A DNA stretch of 60,057 bases, the filler included, from Sphacelaria rigidula (lineage: Eukaryota), in assembly GCA_964200075.2 (NCBI GenBank). It is 10 parts of 10 records of this genome, joined end to end, with 100 filler letters (N's around TTAATTAATTAA, not from the genome) between each part and the next. Parts side by side here need not be neighbours in the genome. Positions count along the whole stretch, not along the records: positions 36,097 to 42,012 come from CAXNAA020023514.1; positions 42,113 to 48,027 come from CAXNAA020023515.1; positions 48,128 to 54,042 come from CAXNAA020023516.1; 7 more parts are not named here. One strand, written 5' to 3'. A model generated the notes under the pieces. The model saw nothing but the letters and a program-made list of their open reading frames with translations. It made no database searches and had not been told where the DNA came from. The position numbers and the translations under genes are program-made. The number at the start of each line of letters is the position of its first letter. Within the stretch, counting starts at the first letter, position 1. This document shows positions 36,832-48,985 of the stretch, piece by piece.

Positions 36832-38138
36832 GGGCAATAGCCTAGATAAGGTAGACCTTCTCGTTTTTGCCCAAGAAAGGTACGACAAATGACCAGAAAC
36901 GCGAAAACAGCAAAATAAGCCATTTAGACCGTTATTGCTCCGATTTTTTTCACGCACATCACTCGGGGGGGCTCTTGAAACCCGGGCCCCGAAAACAAGA
37001 CGGAAAAAAAACATGCTACTCACGATATTTGGCCACGCGAAAACGGACGTCTCGCCTCCAGAAACTGATTTCCCTTTCTAGGCCAAAAATTCACTAGGTA
37101 TACCTGATTCAGGAATTTGTTTTCAATCGTATCTTATCTGGGCCATCGGTTGGCAGAGAATATACCTGTGCTAGGCCATCGTTTTCTACTCTGTACCTGA
37201 TGCGGCACATCGCGCGCACGGGAGTCTAGGCGCCAACACCGACCATGGCGCCCACATATTCGGCTCTTTTCTCGTTCATTTTGCCGTTCACGGACGCCAC
37301 AACGACCACGCCCCTCTCTCCCCCGAAATGCTTCGCGAGTCTCTCGGCATCGACACAATGACTGGACTCACGGCTCATAACGCGTCAGTCGTTTGTGATG
37401 CGGGGGGTTGTGGAACACCGTACTGTTACGATCTCGGGGCTGGCGTCAGGGTCAAGCTAAGCTCTTCCGTCACCAGCGGGCGGTTGTCGCATCACCGATG
37501 GCTGGCCCAAGCAACGGATACAGTACTGGTTGTCACGCATATAGAAGTAGAGACAGAACGGTAATAATAGCACTCAGTACTACAGTACAGAGCAACAGAG
37601 TAAAGTGCGCCCAACGAAAGCACTCGCGGAACACACCCATCACGTCTATCGGGGCCATGCATAGCAATCACTAATGGCCAGCGAGAAGTTCTTGTGTCCG
37701 CAGAAGATACTGTTGTGCTAAACGCTATCACCGTTATGTCCCTATTTCTATGTTCGTGACGGCCAGTACTGTATCCGTTGCTTGGACCTACCATCGATCT
37801 ATGATGCGATAACCGCCCGCTGGTGACGGAAAAGCTTAGCTTGATCCTGACACCAGTCCCAGGATCGCAACAGTACCGTGTTCCACAACCTCCCGCATCA
37901 CAAAAGCCCCACGCGGGGAGACTCGGGAACCATTTCCGGGGAGAGAGAGGCGTGTTCGTTTTTTTCCCGTCTTATTTTCGGGACCCGGGTTCCAAGAGCC
38001 TCCCCCGGGTGATGTGCGTGAAACATTCGGAGCGAAAACGGTCTAAACGGCGTATTTTGCTGTTTTCGCGTTGCTGGCCGTTGTCCGTACCTTTCTTGGG
38101 CAAAAACGAGAAGGTCTACCTTATCTAGGCTGTTGCCC
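36832..38138. mobile_element. Non-autonomous Mutator-like element (MULE), ~190-bp TIRs, 9-bp TSD
   Basis: It runs GGGCAATAGCCTAGATAAGGTAGACCTTCTCG ... CGAGAAGGTCTACCTTATCTAGGCTGTTGCCC. The flanks are ATTATAATA / ATAATAATA (8/9 match). Confidence 0.75.
37392..37904. mobile_element. Foldback element nested inside the MULE
   Basis: TTTGTGATGCGGG.GGTTGTGGAACAC... pairs with ...GTGTTCCACAACCTCCCGCATCACAAA, giving ~190-bp arms. Confidence 0.8.
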
Positions 38139-38523
38139 ATAATAATACGACAGCGATCCGGGTGACGGCGAGAATGAACAAATATGGCTCTCCAGCTAAG
38201 AAGTAAGTGCGGGGTTTCTGCCGAACCGAAGGAGACGCAGTTGGCCTGAATCACCACTAAGTCGAGGGAAGTTAGAAGCTCAGAGTACATTTGATGTGGT
38301 GGGATAGATATGGACTACCTAGACACGCAAGGAGGTGAGCGTGTCTTTGATCACAATTCATGAACCGTAATGCTCAACGCTTGCCGGCGCGAAACTGCGA
38401 GGGTTATGGCGCACAGTTGCTGAAGTTTCGAGCGTCGAGATGCTTATTTTCCGTGGTCAGATGACTATAGAGCCAACGACCAACCTGGATCACTGTTCCC
38501 TGCTTGTCGTTTTTTCTTCGCAG

Positions 38524-38607
38524 ATTGGCCACGCCATAAGGGGCTGCGATGTGCCGAGTCTGTTCAGGGACTTCGGGATTGTGATAATCAACGTCGTGGA
38601 CACACAG
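38524..38607 (+). CDS. RRP6-like DEDDy 3'-5' exoribonuclease, ExoII exon
   Basis: TTCTTCGCAG|...CAG|GT boundaries give phase 0/0. IGHAIRGCDVPSLFRDFGIVIINVVDTQ matches the RRP6/RNase D pattern H....D...L.RDFG..V.N.FDT. Confidence 0.85.
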
Positions 38608-39072
38608 GTCCGCTTATCTGTGCTGCTGTGGTTGTTTGCGAAAACGCGGCGAGTTATACTCTTGGCTCGTTGAGTTTTGCTCTATCTTGTGAGAAATGGT
38701 GTTGCGGTGCGGCTGTGGTCTGTCGCTGTTGCTGAGGTGATTTGATCTTACGTTACGCTTCGTGGAAAGACAAGGTTATCATTTCGGGCGAGTTACGCTT
38801 CTTGCTAGGGTGTTGCCGAGAAGAAGAGCAGAGTTTTGGCCAAGGATACGTTTCACAGTACGTGATGCAACGAGTATGTGTTCACCTATGATAGAGATGG
38901 GAGGCATACTGCTTATCCACTGACGAGCGACATCCGGCCATTTTCGTCATGACGAGGTGTAAATCCTCGTGGAATCATCCCGGCAATCCTAGATGCACAT
39001 TTCCCTCGGTTGAATCACCCGTCTGCATGTTGTGTGTGTTGACGTACCCCCTCGATTCATTCGTCGAATCAG

Positions 39073-39180
39073 GAAGCAGTTCATGCGCTCGGTGACAAGA
39101 AAACCGGCTTGGCAAATGTACTGGAGAAGGGAGGTGTGAAGGAGCTGTTTGACATAGGGGAACTCAAGCATAACATGCAG
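39073..39180 (+). CDS. RRP6-like exonuclease, middle exon
   Basis: AATCAG|GAA...CAG|GTGACT boundaries enclose 108 nt at phase 0/0. EAVHALGDKKTGLANVLEKGGVKELFDIGELKHNMQ fits the A...LG....SLA.L.....K..Q region before DWR.RPL. Confidence 0.75.
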
Positions 39181-39629
39181 GTGACTCCGGGTTGACGTGC
39201 CGTATTTATTTACCCATGGTGTGTTGATACTACAATGTAACTGATGGCAACCGTTCCGAACGCTGTGTTTTGCCGGCCAGTCGCAAGTGACTTCATTTCT
39301 TCTCCTTCAACGTTTCTCGGCCCGTGAAGACTCGATTATTGATGATTACAGACGCCGCGCCTGCTATTGAGAGACCGAAATGTTGGTCGCAAGGCTTTCA
39401 TCTCATGAAAGATGCTGAACTTTGATCGTACCTATCACGTTTTATAGTGAGTAGCTTGAGACCTTCAAATGAGTTTCGACTCTAGTGGTCAAGTGCGATA
39501 CTTGAACAGCTCAAATCCTAGCAACGGGTGCTATTCCGAAGCCTGTTCCGAGAAACTCGTTTGTGTTCATCCTCATGCCTTATCGAAAGTGATTTTCCCG
39601 TGTGCTTCCGTATCACATCAACACTAAAG

Positions 39630-40841
39630 ACTTGCGACTGGCGCGAGCGGCCGCTGTCAACAGAGCAGCTGTTGTACGCCCGCTGCGACAGTCATTACCT
39701 GGTGCCTCTCTGGAGATTTCTGCGCGCCCGCATGTTGGCAATGGACATCGATTCCCTCAGAGACTGTGCTCGGAGAGAAAAGGAAACGAATGTGACCGAA
39801 AAGTACCTGCACGATGACGCACGTCTCCAACTAGAGGACAGGAAGCGATCCTCCAACGGCCACGCGGAAGGAGATCCGGTCAGACTAGAAAGTGACGCTG
39901 CTTGTGACTATCGAGTTGCTGGTCCTCCGTCCCAACCGTTCTTTAGGAGCACTTCCTCTTTTGTAGGGCTCTCGAAGGAGAAAACGCCATTGGGAAGTAC
40001 GAGAACGGGGGTGACTGTTGGTCTCGACGGACCGAAGTATTCTGTGGCGCCGGAGCGGGAGTCTTGCCCGATGGAACGGAATCTTCCCAAAGATTCCCAC
40101 AAGGATCAACGGAGCCTCAATGGCTCATCCTTGGGTATAAATCTCCAGGGCATACATGAGAGTGATCCAGAGAGCGGCGACGGCGGTGCCGGGGTAGAGT
40201 CGTTACCACACGACCGCGCTCTGCAAACCGATGGGGTCAAACTGTTGTGGAAAGCGGTGAATCGCGCGCAGCTGGCGGCGTCTGTGCTCTGGCAACCGAA
40301 GGCCGAAGCCCAGCGCGAGGACGCCTACAAAGATCGACTGTTCAAAAGGGCGGTGAAGACGCTTCCATCATCCCGTTGGACGAATGTGAACGCACGGGTG
40401 TATGAAGATATCTATCTATGGAGGGACAGGACTGCACGGTGTTTGGACGATGGCCCGTCATACGTGTGCTCCATGGACGTCCTGATTGATCTTGCGCTCG
40501 CCTTGCCGACGACGCTTAACGAGCTTCGTCAGGTAACCGTCTCGTTGTCCCCCGTTCTTAGAACCGAGAATACCTCAGAGGCTATCGAGCTAGTGAGAGT
40601 CATAAAGGGCTCCCTAGACCTACACCCTGAGGTGTGTGTGGAGGGGGTGGCTCGTGAACGAGGCCGGGCAGCAAATGGGAAGGCGGCGGCGGGAGGGGCC
40701 TTGACGCGGTTTAAAAAGCCGGGAAATATCATTGCATGTGTGTTCGGCTTTGGATTTACTATGTTGGCGATAGGAATCATGATTGGGATCAGTGTTGAGT
40801 GTTCTGGAAGAGCCTGCGACGAAAATACGCCGTTACGCTGA
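39630..40841 (+). CDS. RRP6-like exonuclease terminal exon: ExoIII, HRDC and C-terminal hydrophobic segment
   Basis: It contains TCDWRERPLSTEQLLYARCDSHYL (ExoIII YxxxD), IYLWRDRTARCLDDGPSYVCSMDVLIDLALALPTTLNEL (HRDC) and IIACVFGFGFTMLAIGIMIGISV near the C-terminus. Confidence 0.88.
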   Translation, partial: TCDWRERPLSTEQLLYARCDSHYLVPLWRFLRARMLAMDIDSLRDCARREKETNVTEKYLHDDARLQLEDRKRSSNGHAEGDPVRLESDAACDYRVAGPPSQPFFRSTSSFVGLSKEKTPLGSTRTGVTVGLDGPKYSVAPERESCPMERNLPKDSHKDQRSLNGSSLGINLQGIHESDPESGDGGAGVESLPHDRALQTDGVKLLWKAVNRAQLAASVLWQPKAEAQREDAYKDRLFKRAVKTLPSSRWTNVNARVYEDIYLWRDRTARCLDDGPSYVCSMDVLIDLALALPTTLNELRQVTVSLSPVLRTENTSEAIELVRVIKGSLDLHPEVCVEGVARERGRAANGKAAAGGALTRFKKPGNIIACVFGFGFTMLAIGIMIGISVECSGRACDENTPLR

Positions 40842-40975
40842 GTTGGTAGTGATATGGATAATGACTGGGGGCACAGGGATTCTGGAGGGTTCTGGATAAT
40901 GACCAGGGACACGGAGATGATACTTGCGTGTTTGGAAAGCTGGCGTCTTGGAAGGCCACTCTTGAATAATGTGAA

Positions 40976-41931
40976 TGTTGTAAAGGCTGACAACTGAAAC
41001 TGAGGCCAGAAAGACGGGGGAGTCCCTCGACAGCAGTGATTCAACAGTTTCCACTGGCTGGCGTCACAATATCGATATTAGTGCTAGTGCTAGTGTTAGT
41101 GCTAGAAATCTGCTGGAAAGGGTTTCGGTAGAAGTCTGGGAGCTGTGGAAACCTGATACACCACGAACGCGTGGAGAAGGTTCCAGCTGAGGCAGCTGCA
41201 GAAAGGGGGCTGGCCTGTGATTGATCCAGACTGGAGACTTGCTGAAGATGCGTGCAGCGGGAGTTTGGAGGCTCCTACGACTGTGTGGTGCGGCGACGAA
41301 GCAAGGAAAGTGCAATTTACGAAGGTCCGCTGGCCTGCAGAGGTTCGCAGGTAGCCGGTTACAGCTACAGCTATGGCAACCGGCTCACAAGGTTTGTCCA
41401 CTGTGACACCCGTGGTCATGCGGGAAGAGTTGCGACCTCCCTAATACGGGAATGGGTACTCAGAGAGTGCATCTCGCACTTTTATTACGAAATAATTTCA
41501 GTACAAGAAGCGTGCGAAGCACGCTAACGCACGGGGTGCTGTGCGGCATCAGATGGTGCCAATGGCTCAACAAGTGCCAACTTATGTGCAGAGAGTGTTG
41601 GGTCGTTTGGAGCATAAAAATATCACAATCACCCAGCCGCAATTGGTTGCGGCGATCAGAAGGCATGCTGGGCATGCGGCGGGCACTTGCCGCTGTTGTG
41701 GCCAGGTCGGCCATTACGCGCGCGATTGCCCAACGTCTTCCGGTGGAGAGTCTGGGCAGTCTCATGCCGCGCGCCATCAGCATCGTCAGCACAAGGGCAA
41801 AAGGCGAGGTAATCGTGGTGGCGGCGGTGGATCCTCCGGCGGTGGAGGGTCGCAATCGAGTCCTCGGCAACGACAGCAGGGGCAGCGGCGTCAGCATGAT
41901 CCTGGTTATGGATCCGGCGCCGCCGTAGGTG
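40976..41931 (+). mobile_element. 5' LTR, PBS-like site and gag relic with a CCHC zinc knuckle (LTR retrotransposon)
   Basis: A TG...CA segment spans ~40976-41408, followed by TGGTCATGCGGG at 41413 and CRCCGQVGHYARDC in ORF 41541-41948. It is truncated by a MITE end at 41932. Confidence 0.65.
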
Positions 41932-42112
41932 GACACTTTCTACGATAGCCCCCCAAAAAACTAAGGCAAGCAACAAATGAGTACGCCCCCCCCCCCCCAA
42001 AAAAAAAAACAGNNNNNNNNNNNNNNNNNNNNNNNNNNNNNNNNNNNNNNNNNNNNTTAATTAATTAANNNNNNNNNNNNNNNNNNNNNNNNNNNNNNNN
42101 NNNNNNNNNNNN

Positions 42113-45100
42113 ACTCTCAATCGTATCGTAGACTCTCGATCTCACAAACCTATTGTTACTAATTAAGAACGCCAAAACTCTGGTGAGCCTCAATATTTCC
42201 AATTAATTGATACTCAAACTAGCTGCCCCAAATCCGTGAGTACTACAAAATAGACTCCCAAAAAATGTAACATTCACTACTTTACCCTGATTCCTTTACC
42301 CAAAACTCCACAAATCGGTCCCCTTCCTCTAAGATACTGCCCGTGTTCAACCTACACGAATATTCCAACAGTCAACTTCGAAGTAAAACAAAGAAAAACA
42401 CTTCAACTAAGGTAAGAAAATCAGTCTAGCCATTTCATCGTTCTCCTGGCGCAGCTTCATCTCCTTCTCGTCGCCGTGTACTGATGCCCAAAACCACCCC
42501 CAATAATCTAGAATCTTGTGATATCCGTCTTCAATTCCGATGATAGTCGATGATCTCCTCCAGCGTTCCAGCTACAGCGTATGTGCAAAGAATTTTGAAG
42601 TCCCGCGCTGCACATGAACATGCCAGCACCAATCCCCCACTTGATTCCGAGAGGTGTTCAAATTTTCCGGTAAAAGGTGAACGTTGTACCTCTTTCCCAG
42701 ATCCAACATCCTCAAAGTGTGCGGGCGCCTCTGTACCGCCGCATCCTCTTGAAGTCCCATCACCTCGGCTAGACGTCATCCTGTCGACTGCATTCGATAA
42801 TATATATAATAACCGACAATTTTCGGGTCATACACATGAGGACCAGCAGTGACATTGCTTCTCAACTCATAGCCTCGAGCTACAAACATTTCTCCCCGTC
42901 CTCTAGCCTCCGCTCGTCTTGCCAAATTTATGCGGTATTTTCGGCACTTCGAGTTGTCTGGCTCCTCCATTCTGGGATTTCCCATCCAGTACGTCAAAAT
43001 TACCCGTCCATATTGTTCCATGTCCTCCTCATGCTCCCACCTGGGCCTCTCCAAATTCTCCCAATATAATAGATACTGAACTAAGAGTTTTCCCCCCAAA
43101 CCACGAGATACACGGTGACTCACAATCTTTTGGGCTTCAGTCTATACGTGTCCAGCTGTATCGACACATCTTCCTCGGTTAGATGTAACGGAGGTGATGG
43201 TTCCGAATATTGATTCAACACATGCTGACTTGAACCCCAGGGTAGAGACTTCGGCGGCTCCGGTTCATCTTTTGGATTGAAGCACCGCTTACATCTCAGC
43301 ACAGAAACTCGGGGACTCATGATTGCTCCTGGCTCGTTTTTCCGGAGTTCAAGCAACAGTAGTTTTTCTCCCACTAGCTCACCCTTTTCCGAAATACCTG
43401 GTCCCACCACCAAGACTTAATACGGCCCTCGCCAAGAATGCGACAGTTTCGACGATAAGGCTGTTTTTCCCCCTTCGCGTACCGCAGTTCCCCCTGACAT
43501 GATAGTACCCTTGGTGTCATACACGAAAACCCAACTACCTACCTCCTACGTTGGCTTTCGATTTAGAGCTTCCTCCACCTGCTCATTATTTTCCTCGTGT
43601 TTGGATTTTATCAGAATGTCCTCTTGTCTTACAAGATCGTATGCTTTGGTTTGACGATCCTTCATCAACTGCAAATATTCGAGTTGGTCCGCCTTCAGGC
43701 TTTGGTGTCCTACCACACCTCTTCTTTCTAGGATGGTCATAGGTAACCTTGAATATCTCCCGATATGCACCTCGTTCGGCGCTAACCCTATTCCTCTACT
43801 TACATTGTTCTTATGTGCAGAAATTACGTGTAACAATGGCTTATCCCAGTTTTTCTGGTCATCTGCCACTAGGTACGATAACATCTGACATAGCGTGTGG
43901 TTCAGTCGCTCCACCATCCCGTTAGTTTGTGGATGATACGCGCTCGTGTATCGTTTCACGGCTCCCAACATCTCGTAAAGACTATCCTTGCCACGTTTGC
44001 TGTAAATTCCCTTCCTCGATCCGACAATAATGTGTGAGGACATCCCCATCTCGGGATGTACTCGTGCGCAAGAATATTCACACAACCTTCCGCTGTTTTC
44101 TCTCCTTTGGTGAGAGCATACGCTTCCGCATGTCTACTAAACAGGTCTACCATCAAAATAATGTATGTATTATCCTTCGTTGATTTTGGTAACGGGCCCA
44201 ACAAATCAAACAAAACCATTTGCTCTGGTTGACTCGGCAGTGGTAAGGAAATAAGTGGCCACCTTACTGTATCTCTTGGATTTTCCGAGCTTGACAGATA
44301 TAACATCTCCTGATCCAGAATTTAACACTGTCCTTCATCCCAATCCACCAGTAATATCGCTTCAACAAAGATAACGTGATACCTTCCCCCAAATGAATCG
44401 CTTCTTTGTGAGTTTGATCCATTACCCAAGGTCTCAAAAGCAATGGCACATACGTTCTGGTTGGCTCTTCTCCCAAATACCTCTCAAATTGTCCCGGGTT
44501 CGGTCCAGTTGACTGGGCATTCGTGTCTGTTTTTTCATTAATAATAAACCTCCGTCCGATATTTCTAAAAGTGTCCCTGTTTCAGTAATCTTTTGAACTC
44601 GGATAGGTCAATTCGTGTGGGAACCCCCTTTTCTTGGTCCTTCGTCAACACCGTCACTCGTTTGTTCAAATATTCGATGACTGTTCTCGACGTGAGATCT
44701 TCCTGCTGTATTCGGGCCCAATCGTTTACCGATTTCTGACATGACCGTTCCTCAAAATGACAGGCTTCTTCTGCTTCCAGAGTCGGTGGTACCGTTGTTA
44801 ATGGCCCCGCACTGTTACTTCCTTCATTGGTCGTGGGTTCAATGACTAACACGGCTCTATGTTCTTGAGGTTGTAGCAGTCTTCTCCCAACTTCCGTGAT
44901 CGGACATGCATTCAAAATCAATCCTTGTTCCCATTGTCCTCTGATCATGTCACTAACCTGCGGAGAAATTAATGGTGTATCATCCTGTACCACGTACCAA
45001 GATTTGTTCACTTTTCCACATTCCACCTGTGCACTAATACTATTCTTCGCTCTTTGTAGCTCGATCCATTTTAGGTCAGCCTTTTCAGAGGTCGTGAGCG

Positions 45101-48027
45101 GTACAGCACTTACTTCTTTTCCCCAATTTTAAAAACCGATCCAGGGTCTAGCCCATTCAAGTTTGAATTGTGGGTACTCACTACCGACCCTACATGTCCA
45201 CCCCTGGTCGAGTTTTTAACAATTCTCGGCCATATTCCACCAGCGCCAGTAAAATAGACATCCATGTATCCCGGGTCCGTTATTCGGGCATCCCCAGACA
45301 TATCATTATCATCCGGCGGCTGTGGTAAACGAGACAACATATCCGCATTCGCGTTCACGCGTCCTGGCTTGTACTTAATTTCATCAGTGTACGCACTTAA
45401 AAAAAGTCGTGCCAGCGCTGAACTCTCGGAACCTTTTCTGCAAGGCTCAATAAATTTCGCAAAGGTTGGTGATCAGTATGGATTTCAAACGGCACTCCGT
45501 AGAATAGTGGTCTGTTCTTTTTGATAGCCCACACAATAGCCGCTGCCTCTAATTCGGACACACTCCAATTTCTTACGTTGGGGAGTATTCCCCGGCTGAA
45601 AAAAATAAGAGGTCGAACCGTGTTATCCTCTTGGCGTTGTTCCACCACCGCGCCCAGACCATCTAGAGATGCATTATTGGTGAGCATGAATGGGCGTTTT
45701 CCCAACGCTGCATCTTCGTAGTTCGGAAATGCTAAAACGTTTGTACCGGTCAAGGATGATAACATCTCCTTGGCTATCGTTTTATGTTCTTGAGTAAACT
45801 GAAACCTAACCCCCTTCTTCAACGATTGCGTGAGAGGTTTGAGTCTCGCAGCCATTCTCGGAATAAATTTACGGTAGTACTCCAAACCTCCCAGAAGCGA
45901 TCTGAGCTGAGATACATCGGCTGGCATTGGCATCTTGATTAAAGCCTGCACCTTGTTTTGATCAGGAGAAATTCCCTCAGCCAATATGTGATGTCCCAGG
46001 AATTTTGTTTCTTTCATCCCAACATGTGCTTTTTTCGGTGCCAACTTGAGGTTGTACTTGGTCAATCGATGAAAAAGACCCTCCAAGTCATCTACATGTT
46101 GTCTACCTATTCCGCTAAACGTACACACATCATCAATATATAGACGGCATCGTTCCAACCCATCACATATTCTCGCCATGATTGCTTGAAACCAACCTGG
46201 ACTTCCACTGCACCCCATCGGCATAACTACCATTCACCATTCATAGAGACCGCTCTGCGTACAAATCGCCGTTGACGGGATTGAATCTTGATGTATAGCC
46301 ACATTAAAGTAACCCGAGGTGATATCCAAACATGAAAATATTTTGGCACCCCCTAATTCATCCAAAAGTTCCTCAGAAATCGGAATGGGCAACACCGGAA
46401 TTATTGTACCATCATTTAGGTTCTTGTAGTTGCACATAATTCGAATGGACCCATCCGCTTTGGTCACAACCACGAGCGGACTACTACTCCAGTTGGAATA
46501 TGATCTCCGTAAAATGCCTGCTGCGAGCATGCGGTCAATTTCCACTTGTACCTTCTTTTGAACCGCCGGATTGTGATGATATGGGCGCTGTTTGACAGGC
46601 CTTGTCTCCGGTTTGAGTTCAATCCTAAACGGATCCACCGTGCAATACCCCAAATCCATCTTGTCCTTTGAAAATCGATGTGAATATTTGAACAAAAGTT
46701 CCCCCAATTTTTCAATGTCCTCAACTGGCCAATGTGTGCCTTCCAACCCGAACTTTATTTTTCGCATATGTACGGGAAGCTTCACCCACACAGCTTTGAA
46801 TGCTCGTTGTTGTTCATGTGTCAAACCTGCCATCACGGGAGTTTCCTCTAAATTTTGGTCAACCGTGAATATCTCCTCAGGTTTCAGATTCTTTGTTTCA
46901 GAAATCTTGACGTCTTCCAGAGAGCATGGTACCAAAGGTGCCCCCGCTGAACCTAGCGTGGTGTTTGGATGCAACATCTGTCCTTCTAAACCGGTGTAAC
47001 GGAGAAGGATAATGGATTCACCTGCTTCTACGATAATCTCATTTGGGGGCTAATCTGGATCCAGAGATACATAATAACAGCCAATTTTGGTCGGCGTTCC
47101 GTCCGCGTTACATAGTTTTACCGGAATCCATGACAATGTATTAGGTCGTATCATATCATGAGACCCATTGTACACTACTGTAACTTGAGCTGTTGAAGAT
47201 GTCGGTTCAACGAAACCGCAGCATTGCGGACATGTTCCGCAAACACACGATTAACAGAGTCAATGTTGTTTCCTTGCAAGGTCATGACTGTTTCGCGTCG
47301 GTTTAACATCACGATACGTTCTGACCGGAAATAATCCAAGACCATCACGTCCTACTAGAATGCCATAATTCATTGTTCCATCAGGTACAACATGGGCGTA
47401 TATTGCTAAACATGCTCGTCCATTCTGAACTGACATTCGTGGGTTGGGTCTTCTAGGCCACAGTCTGATATTCAACTGCACCTGTGAAGAAGTACACAAC
47501 GGGACATCATTAAAACCACCCCAGGATACTGGGTCTATCTCTCGGACGCCTTCGATAGTGGCTGCCCCAACGTCAACCATTTTTTTTCCATATTGAGTAA
47601 TGAATAAACGTCGCCGGGCTCCCTGTGTCCACCAAAGCCTTTACCTCTAATGTTCTAGTTGCCTTTGGGCCAGAGAAATATTTGCGCCAAGGTCGAACTT
47701 TCTTTGCGGTTCAAACTCACTTCCCCTCCCCTTGCTTGGTTAATTCCTTCCAAGTAACGACCTTTTCTTCCTCGCGCTACCTGACTAGATATTGTCGCTG
47801 GTACGCGGAGACTGGTCGGGTAAGCAAACGACTGCCAATTCGGGGGTCCAATGCATAAACACTTCCTGCTGGGGTCCCCCTTGGTTCGTTACCTTTTTCT
47901 ACAGCTACCCTACGCACTACGTAACACGAAGATTCAATCACCGTCCGTATCAGACTCTTCAAAAACAGCCGATCATCTATGTTGAGGATGGTGCTTTTCA
48001 TTGAGGATGAGAACCCTGAGGATTAAA
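42113..48027 (-). mobile_element. Ty3/Gypsy chromovirus-type retrotransposon pol (PR-RT-RH-IN-chromo) with PPT and partial 3' LTR; decayed
   Basis: Motifs are protease ALVDTGS (~47615-47640), RT LDITSGY and YIDD (46129-46140), RNase H ASLDGLGAV..SELEAAAIVWA..TDHQPL, integrase HHCC (H..AIHLG..YYWW..CYICQ), core DLLGPLP / LSDRGREF / YHPQTNGMVER, and chromodomain VQYLLYWENLERPRWEHEEDM. The PPT AGAGGAAGGGGA is at 42319-42330, then TGTGGAG at 42312. Several stops and frameshifts are present. Confidence 0.95.
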
Positions 48028-48985
48028 NNNNNNNNNNNNNNNNNNNNNNNNNNNNNNNNNNNNNNNNNNNNTTAATTAATTAANNNNNNNNNNNNNNNNN
48101 NNNNNNNNNNNNNNNNNNNNNNNNNNNGTTGTCTCAAATCCCATCTGAGGATGACGGTGCCAGTGCTTCTCGTAGCTGCATGAGCACCCGTTTGGGACCG
48201 TCAGAAGAGATATTCAAACTAGAGCTGCCGCAGCTTTTAAATTAAAAAGAAACGGCTCGAAATTTTGAAGCGCGTTGCACTACAACAACAGTAGTAGTGT
48301 TGTTTAACAGCTCCACCGCGAAACCGCTTCTCAATACAGCTGCGGCGGAGGTGGCCATACAAGGCGTAATAGCTGGTTCAGACTAGATGAAGCGCCTTGC
48401 ATGGACACTGCTGGCGAAACAACTTCAGGCGTCGGACTAATCTTTACCCTCGTTGTGTGTGTCTGCAGCTTTATCGTGGGGCACCCATCTGATCCAACTG
48501 ACCACTGTACTGTGGTGATGCTGTGCTGCGGTGATGGTATATCTCAGCAGACTGCTGAATGACGCTCGTTTCGAAGATCGTTGGCGTCTGCCGCCGCATT
48601 GGATCGTTTCGCTGACGGCGGTCGTCGCCGGCGCAACAGTATGAAGTCTCTCTCAGATAGACAACAAGAGGCGCTGGAAAACTCGATGACTAGTCCAAAG
48701 AAGTGTGTTTTCAGCATGCTCTGTTGCGTGTTCCGCAGCGCTTAGACGCAAGGGTTGCTCGATAGATGCGGCACAATGAATGAGGGCGGCTTTTCGGTTG
48801 GACTGCACACCACCATGCTTTCGCTCCAGTGCAGAAACTTCTGGGTTAGGGGCACATGGTCGAAACCGCTTGCGACTCCCGAACCTTTTGAACAAAGTAA
48901 ATGAAGTTTCGATGGTCCCTTGAACCTCAGAAAACTGTTGAACTTCAATAACGATACCAGGCTGTTCTTTGTAAAATCACGTGTT

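Noticed and set aside
46228..46240. Programmed stop readthrough inside RT
   Set aside because: The TGA arises from a small local duplication (GAATGGTGAATGG) in an element with many other disabling mutations.
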